Assembly (NCBI GenBank): GCA_964016885.1
Contig: OZ024741.1
Coordinates: forward strand, 416,020,001 to 416,084,000
Reading direction: 5' to 3'
DNA length: 64,000 nucleotides
Source: Eledone cirrhosa
Taxonomy: Eukaryota
Part shown: positions 15,101-29,200 of the stretch, one piece after another
Numbering within the stretch: position 1 is the first letter of the stretch
Layout of the letters: each line of letters starts with the position of its first letter
The notes under the pieces: generated by a model
Told to the model about the DNA's origin: nothing
What the model saw: the letters and a program-made list of their open reading frames with translations, nothing else
Database searches by the model: none
Program-made: the position numbers and the translations under genes

Positions 15101-18100
15101 TAACTGGGGTCTCTGTTATATTAATTGGGGTCACTGTTATATTAACTGGGGTCTGTTATCTTAACTGGGGTCTCTGTTATATTAACTGGGGCCTCTGTTA
15201 TATTAACTGGGGCCTCTGTTATATTAACTGGGGCCTCTATTATATTAACTGGGGTCTCTGTTATATTAACTGGGGTCTCTGTTATATTAACTGGCGTCTG
15301 TTATATTAACTGAGATCTCTGTTATATTAACTGTGGTCTGTTATATTAACTGGGGTCTCTGTTATATTAACTGGGGTCTCTGTTATATTAAATGGGGCCT
15401 CTATTATATTAACTGGGGTCTCTGTAATATTAACTGGGGTCTTGGTTATATTAACTGGGGCCTCTGTTATATTAACTGGGGTCTCTGTTATATTAACTGG
15501 GGTCTCTGTTATAATAACTGGGGCCTCTGTTATATTAACTGGGGTCTCGGTTATATTAACTGGGGCCTCTGTTATATTAACTGGGGTCTCCTTTATATTA
15601 ACTGGGGTCTCTGTTATATTAACTGGGGCATATATTATATTAACTGGGGTCTCTGTTATATTAACTGGGGTCTCTGTTATATTAACTGGGGTCTCTGTTA
15701 TATTAACTGGGGTCTCTGTTATATTAACTGGGGTCTCTGTTATATTAAATGGGGTCTCTGTTATATTAACTGGGGCGTCTGTTATATTAACTGGGATCTC
15801 TATTATATTAACTGGGGTCTGTTATATTAACTGGGGTCTCTGTTATATTAACTGGGGTCTCTGTTATATTAACTGGGGTCTGTTATATTAACTGAGATCT
15901 CTGTTATATTAACTGGGGTCTCTGTTATATTAACTGGGGTCTCTGTTATATTAACTGGGGTCTGTTATATTAACTGAGATCTCTGTTATATTAACTGGGG
16001 TCTGTTATATTAACTGGGGTCTCTGTTATATTAACTGGGGTCTCTGTTATATTAACTGGGGCCTCTATTATATTAACTGGGGTCTCTGTAATATTAACTG
16101 GGGTCTTGGTTATATTAACTGGGGCCTCTGTTATATTAACTGGAGTCTCTGTTATATTAACTGGGGTCTCTGTTATATTAACTGGGGCCTCTGTTATATT
16201 AACTGGGGTCTCGGTTATATTAACTGGGGCCTCTGTTATATTAACTGGGGTCTCTGTTATATTAACTGGGGTCTCTGTTATATTAACTGGGGCCTCTGTT
16301 ATATTAACTGGGGTCTCTGTTATATTAACTGGGGCCTCTATTATATTAACTGGGGTCTCTGTTATATTAACTGGGGTCTCTGTTATATTAACTGGGGTCT
16401 GTTATATTAACTGAGATCTCTGTTATATTAACTGGGGTCTGTTATATTAACTGGGGTCTCTGTAATATTAACTGGGGTCTTGGTTATATTAACTGGGGCC
16501 TCTGTTATATTAACTGGGGTCTCTGTTATATTAACTTGGGTCTCTGTTATATTAACTGGGGTCTCTGTTATATTAACTGGGGTCTGTTATATTAAATGGG
16601 GTCTCTGTTATATTAACTGGGGCCTGTGTTATATTAACTGGGGTCTCGGTTATATTAACTGGGGCCTCTGTAATATTAACTGGGGTCTCGGTTATATTAA
16701 CTGGGGTCTCTGTTATATTAACTGGGGCATCTATTATATTAACTGGGGTCTCTGTTATATTAATTGGGGTCACTGTTATATTAACTGGGGTCTGTTATCT
16801 TAACTGGGGTCTCTGTTATATTAACTGGGGTCTCTGTTATATTAACTGGGGTCTCTGTTATATTAACTGGGGTCTGTTATATTAAATGGGGTCTCTGTTA
16901 TATTAACTGGGGCCTGTGTTATATTAACTGGGGTCTCGGTTATATTAACTGGGGCCTCTGTAATATTAACTGGGGTCTCTGTTATATTAACTGGGGTCTC
17001 TGTTATATTAACTGGGGCATCTATTATATTAACTGGGGTCTCTGTTATATTAATTGGGGTCACTGTTATATTAACTGGGGTCTGTTATCTTAACTGGGGT
17101 CTCTGTTATATTAACTGGGGTCTCTGTTATATTAACTGGGGCCTCTGTTATATTAACTGGGGCCTCTGTTATATTAACTGGGGCCTCTATTATATTAACT
17201 GGGGTCTCTGTTATATTAACTGGGGTCTCTGTTATATTAACTGGGGTCTGTTATATTAACTGAGATCTCTGTTATATTAACTGGGGTCTGTTATATTAAC
17301 TGGGGTCTCTGTTATATTAACTGGGGTCTATGTTATATTAACTAGGGCCTCTATTATATTAACTGGGGTCTCTGTAATATTAACTGGGGTCTTGGTTATA
17401 TTAACTGGGGCCTCTGTTATATTAACTGGGGTCTCTGTTATATTAATTGGGGTCTCTGTTATATTAACTGGGGTCTGTTATCTTAACTGGGGTCTCTGTT
17501 ATATTAACTGGGGTCTCTGTTATATTAACTGGGGTCTCTGTTATATTAACTGGGGTCTCTGTTATATTAACTGGGGCCTCTGTTATATTAACTGGGATCT
17601 CTATTATATTAACTGGGGTCTGTTATATTAACTGGGGTCTCTGTTATATTAACTGGGGTCTCTGTTATATTAACTGGGGTCTGTTATATTAACTGAGATC
17701 TCTGTTATATTAACTGGGGTCTGTTATATTAACTGGGGTCTCTGTTATATTAACTGGGGTCTCTGTTATATTAACTGGGGCCTCTATTATATTAACTGGG
17801 GTCTCTGTAATATTAACTGGGGTCTTGGTTATATTAACTGGGGCCTCTGTTATATTAACTGGGGTCTCTGTTATATTGACTGGGGTCTCTGTTATATTAA
17901 CTGGGGCCTCTGTTATATTAACTGGGGTCTCGGTTATATTAACTGGGGCCTCTGTTATATTAACTGGGGTCTCTGTTATATTAACTGGGGTCTCTGTTAT
18001 ATTAACTGGGGCATCTATTATATTAACTGGGGTCTCCGTTATATTAATTGGGGTCTCTGTTATATTAACTGGGGTCTGTTATCTTAACTGGGGTCTCTGT

Positions 18101-20350
18101 TATATTAACTGGGGTCTCTGTTATATTAACTGGAGTCTCTGTTATATTAACTGGGGTCTCTGTTATATTAACTGGGATCTCTGTTATATTAACTGGGGCC
18201 TCTGTTATATTAACTGGGATCTCTATTATATTAACTGCGGTCTGTTATATTAACTGGGGTCTCTGTTATATTAACTGGGGTCTGTTATATTAACTGGGGT
18301 CTGTTATATTAACTGGGGTCTGTTATATTAACTGTGGCCTCTGTTATCTTAACTGTGGTCTCTGTTATATTAACTGGGATCTCTGTTATATTAACTGGGG
18401 TCTCTTTTATATATAACTGGTGTCTCTTTTATATTAGCTGGAATCTCTGTTATATTAACTGGGGTTTCTGTTATATTAACTGGGGCCTCTATTATATTAA
18501 CTGGGCTCTGTGTTATATTAACTGGGATCTCTGTTATATTAACTGGGGTCTCTGTTATATTAACTGGGGTCTCTGTTATATTAACTGGGATCTCTGTAAT
18601 ATTAACTGGTGTCTCTGTTATATTAACTGGGGTCTCTGTTATATTAACTGGGGCCTCTGTTATATTAACTGTGGCCTCTGTTACATGAACTGGGGCCTCT
18701 ATTATATTAACTGGGGTCTCTGTTATATTAACTGGGGTCTCTGTTATATTAACTGGGGTCTGTTATATTAACTGAGATCTCTGTTATATTAACTGGGGTC
18801 TGTTATATTAACTGGGGTCTCTGTTATATTAACTGGGGCCTCTATTATATTAACTGGGGTCTCTGTAATATTAACTGGGGTCTTGGTTATATTAACTGGG
18901 GCTTCTGTTATATTAACTGGGGTCTCTGTTATATTAACTTGGGTCTCTGTTATATTAACTGGGGCCTCTGTTATATTACCTGGGGTCTCTGTTATATTAA
19001 CTGGGTTCTGTTATATTAAATGGGGTCTCTGTTATATTAACTGGGGCCTCTGTTATATTAACTGGGGTCTCGGTTATATTAACTGGGGCCTCTGTAATAT
19101 TAACTGGGGTCTCTGTTATATTAACTGGGGTCTCTGTTATATTAACTGGGGCATCTATTATATTAACTGGGGTCTCTGTTATATTAATTGGGGTCACTGT
19201 TATATTAACTGGGGTCTGTTATCTTAACTGGGGTCTCTGTTATATTAACTGGGGCCTCTGTTATATTAACTGGGGCCTCTGTTATATTAACTGGGGCCTC
19301 TATTATATTAACTGGGGTCTCTGTTATATTAACTGGGGTCTCTGTTATATTAACTGGCGTCTGTTATATTAACTGAGATCTCTGTTATATTAACTGTGGT
19401 CTGTTATATTAACTGGGGTCTCTGTTATATTAACTGGGGTCTCTGTTATATTAAATGGGGCCTCTATTATATTAACTGGGGTCTCTGTAATATTAACTGG
19501 GGTCTTGGTTATATTAACTGGGGCCTCTGTTATATTAACTGGGGTCTCTGTTATATTAACTGGGGTCTCTGTTATAATAACTGGGGCCTCTGTTATATTA
19601 ACTGGGGTCTCGGTTATATTAACTGGGGCCTCTGTTATATTAACTGGGGTCTCCTTTATATTAACTGGGGTCTCTGTTATATTAACTGGGGCATATATTA
19701 TATTAACTGGGGTCTCTGTTATATTAACTGGGGTCTCTGTTATATTAACTGGGGTCTCTGTTATATTAACTGGGGTCTCTGTTATATTAACTGGGGTCTC
19801 TGTTATATTAAATGGGGTCTCTGTTATATTAACTGGGGCGTCTGTTATATTAACTGGGATCTCTATTATATTAACTGGGGTCTGTTATATTAACTGGGGT
19901 CTCTGTTATATTAACTGGGGTCTCTGTTATATTAACTGGGGTCTGTTATATTAACTGAGATCTCTGTTATATTAACTGGGGTCTCTGTTATATTAACTGG
20001 GGTCTCTGTTATATTAACTGGGGTCTGTTATATTAACTGAGATCTCTGTTATATTAACTGGGGTCTGTTATATTAACTGGGGTCTCTGTTATATTAACTG
20101 GGGTCTCTGTTATATTAACTGGGGCCTCTATTATATTAACTGGGGTCTCTGTAATATTAACTGGGGTCTTGGTTATATTAACTGGGGCCTCTGTTATATT
20201 AACTGGAGTCTCTGTTATATTAACTGGGGTCTCTGTTATATTAACTGGGGCCTCTGTTATATTAACTGGGGTCTCGGTTATATTAACTGGGGCCTCTGTT
20301 ATATTAACTGGGGTCTCTGTTATATTAACTGGGGTCTCTGTTATATTAAC
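12200..20350. repeat. Higher-order domain II: two tandem copies of a 4,062-bp unit
   Basis: Matching variant patterns at +4062 (12418/16480, 13330/17392, 13763/17825, 14272/18334), then +4063 after a 1-bp gain near 18405-18415 (14820/18883, 15333/19396, 16106/20169). Shared rare markers include CTAGGGCC, CTCCGTT, CTGCGGTC, GTTACATGAAC and ATAATAAC. Boundaries are approximate. Confidence 0.93.
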
Positions 20351-20899
20351 TGGGGCATCTATTATATTAACTGAGGTCTCTGTTATATTAATTGGGGTCT
20401 CTGTTATATTAACTGGGGTCTCTGTTATATTAACTGGGGTCTCTGTTATATTAACTGGGGTCTCTGTTATATTAACTGGGGTCTCTGTTATATTAACTGG
20501 GGTCTCTGTTATATTAACTGGGATCTCTGTTATATTAAATGGGGCCTCTGTTATATTAACTGGGATCTCTGTTATATTAACTGGGGTCTGTTATATTAAC
20601 TGGGGTGTGTTATATTAACTGGGGTCTGTTATATTAACTGTGGCCTCTGTCATATGAACTGGGGCCGCTATTATATTAACTGGGTTCTCTGTTATATTAA
20701 CTGGGGTCTCTGTTATATTAACTGGGGTCTCTGTTATATTAACTGGGGTATGTTATATTAACTGGGGTCTCTGTTATATTAACTGGGGCTCTGTTATATT
20801 AACTGGGGTCTCTGTTATATTAACTGAGGTCCCTGTTATATTAACTGGGGTATGTTATATTAACTGGGGTCTCTGTTATATTAACTGGGGCCTCTGTTA

Positions 20900-23800
20900 T
20901 ATTAACTGGGGCCTCTGTTATATTAACTGGGGTCTCTGTTATATTAACTGAGGTCTCTGTTATATTAACTGGGTCTCTGTTATATTAACTGGGGTATGTT
21001 ATATTAACTGGGGTCTCTGTTATATTAGCTGGGGTCTCTATTATATTAACTGGGGCCTCTGTTATATTAACTGAGGTCTCTGTTATATTAACTGGGGTCT
21101 CTGTTATATTAACTGGGGTATGTTATATTAATTGGGGTATGTTATATTAACTGGGGTCTCTGTTATATTAACTGGGGTCTCTGTTATATTAAATGGTGAC
21201 TCTGTTATATTAACTGGGGTCTCTGTTATATTAACTGGGGCCTCTGTTATATTAACTGGGGCCTCTGTTATATTAACTGGGGCCTCTATTATATTAACTG
21301 GGGTCTCTGTTATATTAACTGGGGACGCTGTTATATTAACTGGGGTCTCTGTAATATTAACTGGGGTCTCTGTTATATTTACTGGGGTCTCTGTAATATT
21401 AACTGGGGCCTCTATTATATTACCTGGGTCCTCTGTTATATTACCTGGGGTCTCTATTATATTAACTGGGTTCTCTGTTATATTAACTGGGGTCTCTGTT
21501 ATATTAACTGAGGTCTCTGTAATATTAACTGCGTTCTCTGTTATATTAACTGGGGCTTCTAATATATTAACTGGGTTCTCTGTTATATTAACTGGGGTCT
21601 CTGTTATATTAACTGGGGTCTCTGTTATATTAACTGAGGCCTCTGTTATATTAACTGGGGCCTCTATTATATTAACTGGGGTCTCTGTTATATTAACTGG
21701 GGTCTGTTATCTTAACTGGGGTCTCTGTTATATCAACTGGGGTCTCTGTTATATTAACTGGGTTCTCTGTTATATTAACTGGGGTCTGTTATATTAACTG
21801 GGGCCTCTATTATATTAACTGAGGTCTCTGTTATATTAACTGGGGTCTCTGTTATATTAACTGGGGTATGTTATATTAACTGGGGTCTCTGTTATATTAA
21901 CTGGGGTCTCTATTATATTAACTGGGGTCTCTGTTATATTTACTGGGGTCTCTATTATATTAACTGAGGTCTCTGTTATATTAACTGGGGTCTCTGTTAT
22001 ATTAACTGGGATCTCTGTCATATTAACTGGGGTCTCTATTATATTAACTGGGGTCTCTGTTATATTAACTGGGGCCTCTGTTATATTAACTGGGGTCTCT
22101 GTTATATTAACTGGGGTATGTTATATTAACTGGGGTCTCTGTTATATTAACTGGGGTCTCTGTTATATTAACTGGGGTCTCTGTTATATTAACTGGGGCC
22201 TCTGTTATATTAACTGGGGCCTCTGTTATATTAACTGGGGCCTCTATTATATTAACTGGGGTCTCTGTTATATTAACTGGGGTCTCTGTTATATTAACTG
22301 GGGTCTGTTATATTAACTGAGATCTCTGTTATGTTAACTGGGGTCTGTTATATTAACTGGGGTCTCTGTTATATTAACTGGGGTCTCTGTTATATTAACT
22401 GGGGCCTCTATTATATTAACTGGGGTCTCTGTAATATTAACTGGGGTCTTGGTTATATTAACTGGGATCTCTGTTATATTAACTGGGGTCTCTGTTATAT
22501 TAACTGGGGTCTCTGTTATATTAACTGGGGCCTCTGTTATATTAACTGGGGTCTCGGTTATATTAACTGGGGCCTCTGTTATATTACCTGGGGTCTCTGT
22601 TATATTAACTGGGGTCTCTGTTATATTAAATGGGGCATCTATTATATTAACTGGGGTCTCTGTTATATTAATTGGGGTCTCTGTTATATTAACTGGGGTC
22701 TGTTATCTTAACTGGGGTCTCTGTTCTATTAACTGGGGTCTCTGTTATATTAACTGGGGTCTCTATTATATTAACTGGGGTCTCTGTTATGTTAACTGGG
22801 ATCTCTGTTATATTAACTGGGGCCTCTGTTATATTAACTGGGATCTCTGTTATATTAACTGGGGTCTGTTATATTAACTGGGGTCTGTTATATTAACTGT
22901 GGCATCTGTTATCTTAACTGTGGTCTCTGTTATATTAACTGGGATCTCTGTTATATTAACTGGGGTCTCTGTTATATTAACTGGTGTCTCTTTTATATTA
23001 ACTGGAATCTCTGTTATATTAACTGGGGTTTCTGTTATATTAACTGGGGCCTCTATTATATTAACTGGGCTCTGTGTTATATTAACTGGGATCTCTGTTA
23101 TATTAACTGGGGTCTTGGTTATATTAACTGGGGTCACTGTTATATTAACTGGGATCTCTGTAATATTAACTGGTGTCTCTGTTATATTAAATGGGGTCTC
23201 TGTTATATTAACTGGCACTCTGTTATATTAACTGGGGCCTCTGTTATATGAACTGGGGCCTCTATTATATTAACTGGGGTCTCTGTTATATTAACTGGGG
23301 TCTCTGTTATATTAACTGGGGTCTCTGTTATATTAACCGGGGTATGTTATATTAACTGGGGTCTCTGTTATATTAACTGGGGTCTCTGTTATATTAACTG
23401 GGGTCTCTGTTATATTAACTGAGGTCCCTGTTATATTAACTGGGGTATGTTATATTAACTGGGCTCTCTGTTATATTAACTGGGGTCTCTGTTATATTAA
23501 CTGGGGTCTCTGTTATATTAACTGGGGCCTCTGTTATATTAACTGGGGTCTCTGTTATATTAACTGGGGTCTCTGTTATATTAACTGAGGTCTCTGTTAT
23601 ATTAACTGGGTCTCTGTTATATTAACTGGGGTATGTTATATTAACTGGGGTCTCTGTTATATTAGCTGGGGTCTCTATTATATTAACTGGGGCCTCTGTT
23701 ATATTAACTGAGGTCTCTGTTATATTAACTGGGGTCTCTGTTATATTAACTGGGGTATGTTATATTAACTGGGGTATGTTATATTAACTGGGATCTCTGT

Positions 23801-26800
23801 AATATTAACTGGTGTCTCTGTTATATTAAATGGGGTCTCTGTTATATTAACTGGCACTCTGTTATATTAACTGGGGCCTCTGTTATATGAACTGGGGCCT
23901 CTATTATATTAACTGGGGTCTCTGTTATATTAACTGGGGTCTCTGTTATATTAACTGGGGTCTCTGTTATATTAACCGGGGTATGTTATATTAACTGGGG
24001 TCTCTGTTATATTAACTGGGGTCTCTGTTATATTAACTGGGGTCTCTGTTATATTAACTGAGGTCCCTGTTATATTAACTGGGGTATGTTATATTAACTG
24101 GGCTCTCTGTTATATTAACTGGGGTCTCTGTTATATTAACTGGGGTCTCTGTTATATTAACTGGGGCCTCTGTTATATTAACTGGGGTCTCTGTTATATT
24201 AACTGGGGTCTCTGTTATATTAACTGAGGTCTCTGCTATATTAACTGGGTCTCTGTTATATTAACTGGGGTATGTTATATTAACTGGGGTCTCTGTTATA
24301 TTAGCTGGGGTCTCTATTATATTAACTGGGGCCTCTGTTATATTAACTGAGGTCTCTGTTATATTAACTGGGGTCTCTGTTATATTAACTGGGGTATGTT
24401 ATATTAACTGGGGTATGTTATATTAACTGGGGTCTCTGTTATATTAACTGGGGTCTCTGTTATATTAACTGGGGTCTCTGTTATATTAAATGGTGACTCT
24501 GTTATATTAACTGGGGTCTCTGTTATATTAACTGGGGCCTCTGTTATATTAACTGGGGCCTCTGTTATATTAACTGGGGCCTCTATTATATTAACTGGGG
24601 TCTCTGTTATATTAACTGGGGTCTCTGTTATATTAACTGGGGTCTGTTATATTAACTGAGATCTCTGTTATATTAACTGGGGTCTGTTATATTAACTGGG
24701 GTCTCTGTTATATTAACTGGGGCCTCTATTATATTAACTGGGGTCTCTGTAATATTAACTGGGGTCTTGGTTATATTAACTGGGGCCTCTGTTATATTAC
24801 CTGGGGTCTCCTTTATATTAACTGGGGTCTCTGTTATATTAACTGGGGCATATATTATATTAACTGGGGTCTCTGTTATATTAATTGGGGTCTCTGTTAT
24901 ATTAACTGGGGTCTGTTATCTTAACTGGGGTCTCTGTTATATTAACTGGGGTCTCTGTTATATTAACTGGGGTCTCTGTTATATTAACTGGGGTCTCTGT
25001 TATATTAACTGGGGTCTCTGTTATATTAACTGGGGCCTCTGTTATATTAACTGGGATCTCTATTATATTAACTGGGGTCTGTTATATTAACTGGGGTCTC
25101 TGTTATATTAACTGGGGTCTCTGTTATATTAACTGGGGTCTGTTATATTAACTGAGATCTCTGTTATATTAACTGGGGTCTCTGTTATATTAACTGGGGT
25201 CTCTGTTATATTAACTGGGGTCTGTTATATTAACTGAGATCTCTGTTATATTAACTGGGGTCTGTTATATTAACTGGGGTCTCTGTTATATTAACTGGGG
25301 TCTCTGTTATATTAACTGGGGCCTCTATTTTATTAACTGGGGTCTCTGTAATATTAAATGGGGTCTTGGTTATATTAACTGGGGCCTCTGTTATATTAAC
25401 TGGAGTCTCTGTTATATTAACTGGGGTCTCTGTTATATTAACTGGGGCCTCTGTTATATTAACTGGGGTCTCGGTTATATTAACTGGGGCTTCTGTTATA
25501 TTAACTGGGGTCTCTGTTATATTAACTGGGGTCTCTGTTATATTAACTGGGGCATCTATTATATTAGCTGGGGTCTCTGTTATATTAATTGGGGTCTCTG
25601 TTATATTAACTGGGGTCTCTGTTATATTAACTGGGGTCTCTGTTATATTAACTGGGGTCTCTGTTATATTAACTGGGGTCTCTGTTATATTAAATGGGGC
25701 CTCTGTTATATTAACTGGGATCTCTGTTATATTAACTGGGGTCTGTTATATTAACTGGGGTCTCTGTTATATTAACTGGGGTCTGTTATATTTACTGGGG
25801 TGTGTTATATTAACTGGGGTCTGTTATATTAACTGGGGTCTCTGTTATATTAACTGGGGCCTCTGTTATATTAACTGGGGCCTCTGTTATATTAACTGGG
25901 GCCTCTGTTATATTAACTGAGGTCTCTGTTATATTAACTGGGTCTCTGTTATATTAACTGGGGTATGTTATATTAACTGGGGTCTCTGTTATATTAGCTG
26001 GGGTCTCTATTATATTAACTGGGGCCTCTGTTATATTAACTGAGGTCTCTGTTATATTAACTGGGGTCTCTGTTATATTAACTGGGGTATGTTATATTAA
26101 TTGGGGTATGTTATATTAACTGGGGTCTCTGTTATATTAACTGGGGTCTCTGTTATATTAACTGGGGTCTCTGTTATATTAAATGGTGACTCTGTTATAT
26201 TAACTGGGGTCTCTGTTATATTAACTGGGGCCTCTGTTATATTAACTGGGGCCTCTGTTATATTAACTGGGGCCTCTATTATATTAACTGGGGTCTCTGT
26301 TATATTAACTGGGGACGCTGTTATATTAACTGGGGTCTCTGTAATATTAACTGGGGTCTCTGTTATATTTACTGGGGTCTCTGTAATATTAACTGGGGCC
26401 TCTATTATATTACCTGGGTCCTCTGTTATATTAGCTGGGGTCTCTATTATATTAACTGGGTTCTCTGTTATATTAACTGGGGTCTCTGTTATATTAACTG
26501 AGGTCTCTGTAATATTAACTGCGTTCTCTGTTATATTAACTGGGGCTTCTAATATATTAACTGGGTTCTCTGTTATATTAACTGGGGTCTCTGTTATATT
26601 AACTGGGGTCTCTGTTATATTAACTGAGGCCTCTGTTATATTAACTGGGGCCTCTATTATATTAACTGGGGTCTCTGTTATATTAACTGGGGTCTGTTAT
26701 CTTAACTGGGGTCTCTGTTATATCAACTGGGGTCTCTGTTATATTAACTGGGTTCTCTGTTATATTAACTGGGGTCTGTTATATTAACTGGGGCCTCTAT

Positions 26801-29200
26801 TATATTAACTGAGGTCTCTGTTATATTAACTGGGGTCTCTGTTATATTAACTGGGGTATGTTATATTAACTGGGGTCTCTGTTATATTAACTGGGGTCTC
26901 TATTATATTAACTGGGGTCTCTGTTATATTTACTGGGGTCTCTATTATATTAACTGAGGTCTCTGTTATATTAACTGGGGTCTCTGTTACATTAACTGGG
27001 ATCTCTGTCATATTAACTGGGGTCTCTATTATATTAACTGGGGTCTCTGTTATATTAACTGGGGCCTCTGTTATATTAACTGGGGTCTCTGTTATATTAA
27101 CTGGGGTATGTTATATTAACTGGGGTCTCTGTTATATTAACTGGGGTCTCTGTTATATTAACTGGGGTCTCTGTTATATTAACTGAGGTCCCTGTTATAT
27201 TAACTGGGGTATGTTATATTAACTGTGGTCTCTGTTATATTAACTGGGGTCTCTGTTATATTAACTGGGGTCTCTGTTATATTAAATGGTGACTCTGTTA
27301 TATTAACTGGGGTCTCTGTTATATTAACTGGGGCCTCTGTTATATTAACTGGGGCCTCTGTTATATTAACTGGGGCCTCTATTATATTAACTGGGGTCTC
27401 TGTTATATTAACTGGGGTCTCTGTTATATTAACTGGGGTCTGTTATATTAACTGAGATCTCTGTTATATTAACTGGGGTCTGTTATATTAACTGGGGTCT
27501 CTGTTATATTAACTGGGGTCTCTGTTATATTAACTGGGGCCTCTATTATATTAACTGGGGTCTCTGTAATATTAACTGGGGTCTTGGTTATATTAACTGG
27601 GGCCTCTGTTATATTAACTGGGGTCTCTGTTATATTAACTGGGGTCTCTGTTATATTAACTGGGGCCTCTGTTATATTAACTGGGGTCTCGGTTATATTA
27701 ACTGGGGCCTCTGTTATATTACCTGGGGTCTCTGTTATATTAACTGGGGTCTCTGTTATATTAAATGGGGCATCTATTATATTAGCTGGGGTCTCTGTTA
27801 TATTAATTGGGGTCTCTGTTATATTAACTGGGGTCTGTTATCTTAACTGGGGTCTCTGTTATATTAACTGGGGTCTCTGTTATATTAACTGGGGTCTCTA
27901 TTATATTAACTGGGGTCTCTGTTATATTAACTGGGATCTCTGTTATATTAACTGGGGCCTCTGTTATATTAACTGGGATCTCTGTTATATTAACTGGGGT
28001 CTGTTATATTAACTGGGGTCTGTTATATTAACTGTGGCCTCTGTTATCTTAACTGTGGTCTCTGTTATATTAACTGGGATCTCTGTTATATTAACTGGGG
28101 TCTCTGTTATATTAACTGGTGTCTCTTTTATATTAACTGGAATCTCTGTTATATTAACTGGGGTTTCTGTTATATTAACTGGGGCCTCTATTATATTAAC
28201 TGGGCTCTGTGTTATATTAACTGCGATCTCTGTTATATTAACTGGGGTCTCTGTTATATTAACTGGGGTCACTGTTATATTAACTGGGATCTCTGTAATA
28301 TTAACTGGTGTCTCTGTTATATTAAATGGGGTCTCTGTTATATTAACTGGCACTCTGTTATATTAACTGGGGCCTCTGTTATATGAACTGGGGCCTCTAT
28401 TATATTAACTGGGGTCTCTGTTATATTAACTGGGGTCTCTGTTATATTAACTGGGGTCTCTGTTATATTAACTGGGGTATGTTATATTAACTGGGGTCTC
28501 TGTTATATTAACTGGGGTCTCTGTTATATTAACTGGGGTATCTGTTATATTAACTGAGGTCCCTGTTATATTAACTGGGGTATGTTATATTAACTGGAGT
28601 CTCTGTTATATTAACTGGGGTCTCTGTTATATTAACTGGGGTCTCTGTTATATTAACTGGGGCCTCTGTTATATTAACTGGGGTCTCTGTTATATTAACT
28701 GGGGTCTCTGTTATATTAACTGAGGTCTCTGTTATATTAACTGGGTCTCTGTTATATTAACTGGGGTATGTTATATTAACTGGGGTCTCTGTTATATTAG
28801 CTGGGGTCTCTATTATATTAACTGGGGCCTCTGTTATATTAACTGAGGTCTCTGTTATATTAACTGGGGTCTCTGTTATATTAACTGGGGTATGTTATAT
28901 TAACTGGGGTATGTTATATTAACTGGGGTCTCTGTTATATTAACTGGGGTCTCTGTTATATTAACTGGGGTCTCTGTTATATTAAATGGTGACTCTGTTA
29001 TATTAACTGGGGTCTCTGTTATATTAACTGGGGCCTCTGTTATATTAACTGGGGCCTCTGTTATATTAACTGGGGCCTCTATTATATTAACTGGGGTCTC
29101 TGTTATATTAACTGGGGTCTCTGTTATATTAACTGGGGTCTGTTATATTAACTGAGATCTCTGTTATATTAACTGGGGTCTCTGTTATATTAACTGGGGT
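20900..29200. repeat. Higher-order domain III: two imperfect ~5.0-5.1-kb related units
   Basis: GGGGACGCTG occurs at 21321 and 26311 (+4990). ORF-track pairs are 21132/26101 (+4969) and 22449/27584, 22899/28034 (+5135). The offset drifts through internal monomer-block indels. Boundaries are approximate. Confidence 0.8.
23145..24420. repeat. Local 639-bp tandem duplication
   Basis: ACTGGCACTC at 23211 and 23850; the rare AACCGGGG variant has CCGG at 23337 and 23976; the GGGCTCTCTG variant is present in both copies. Confidence 0.88.
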
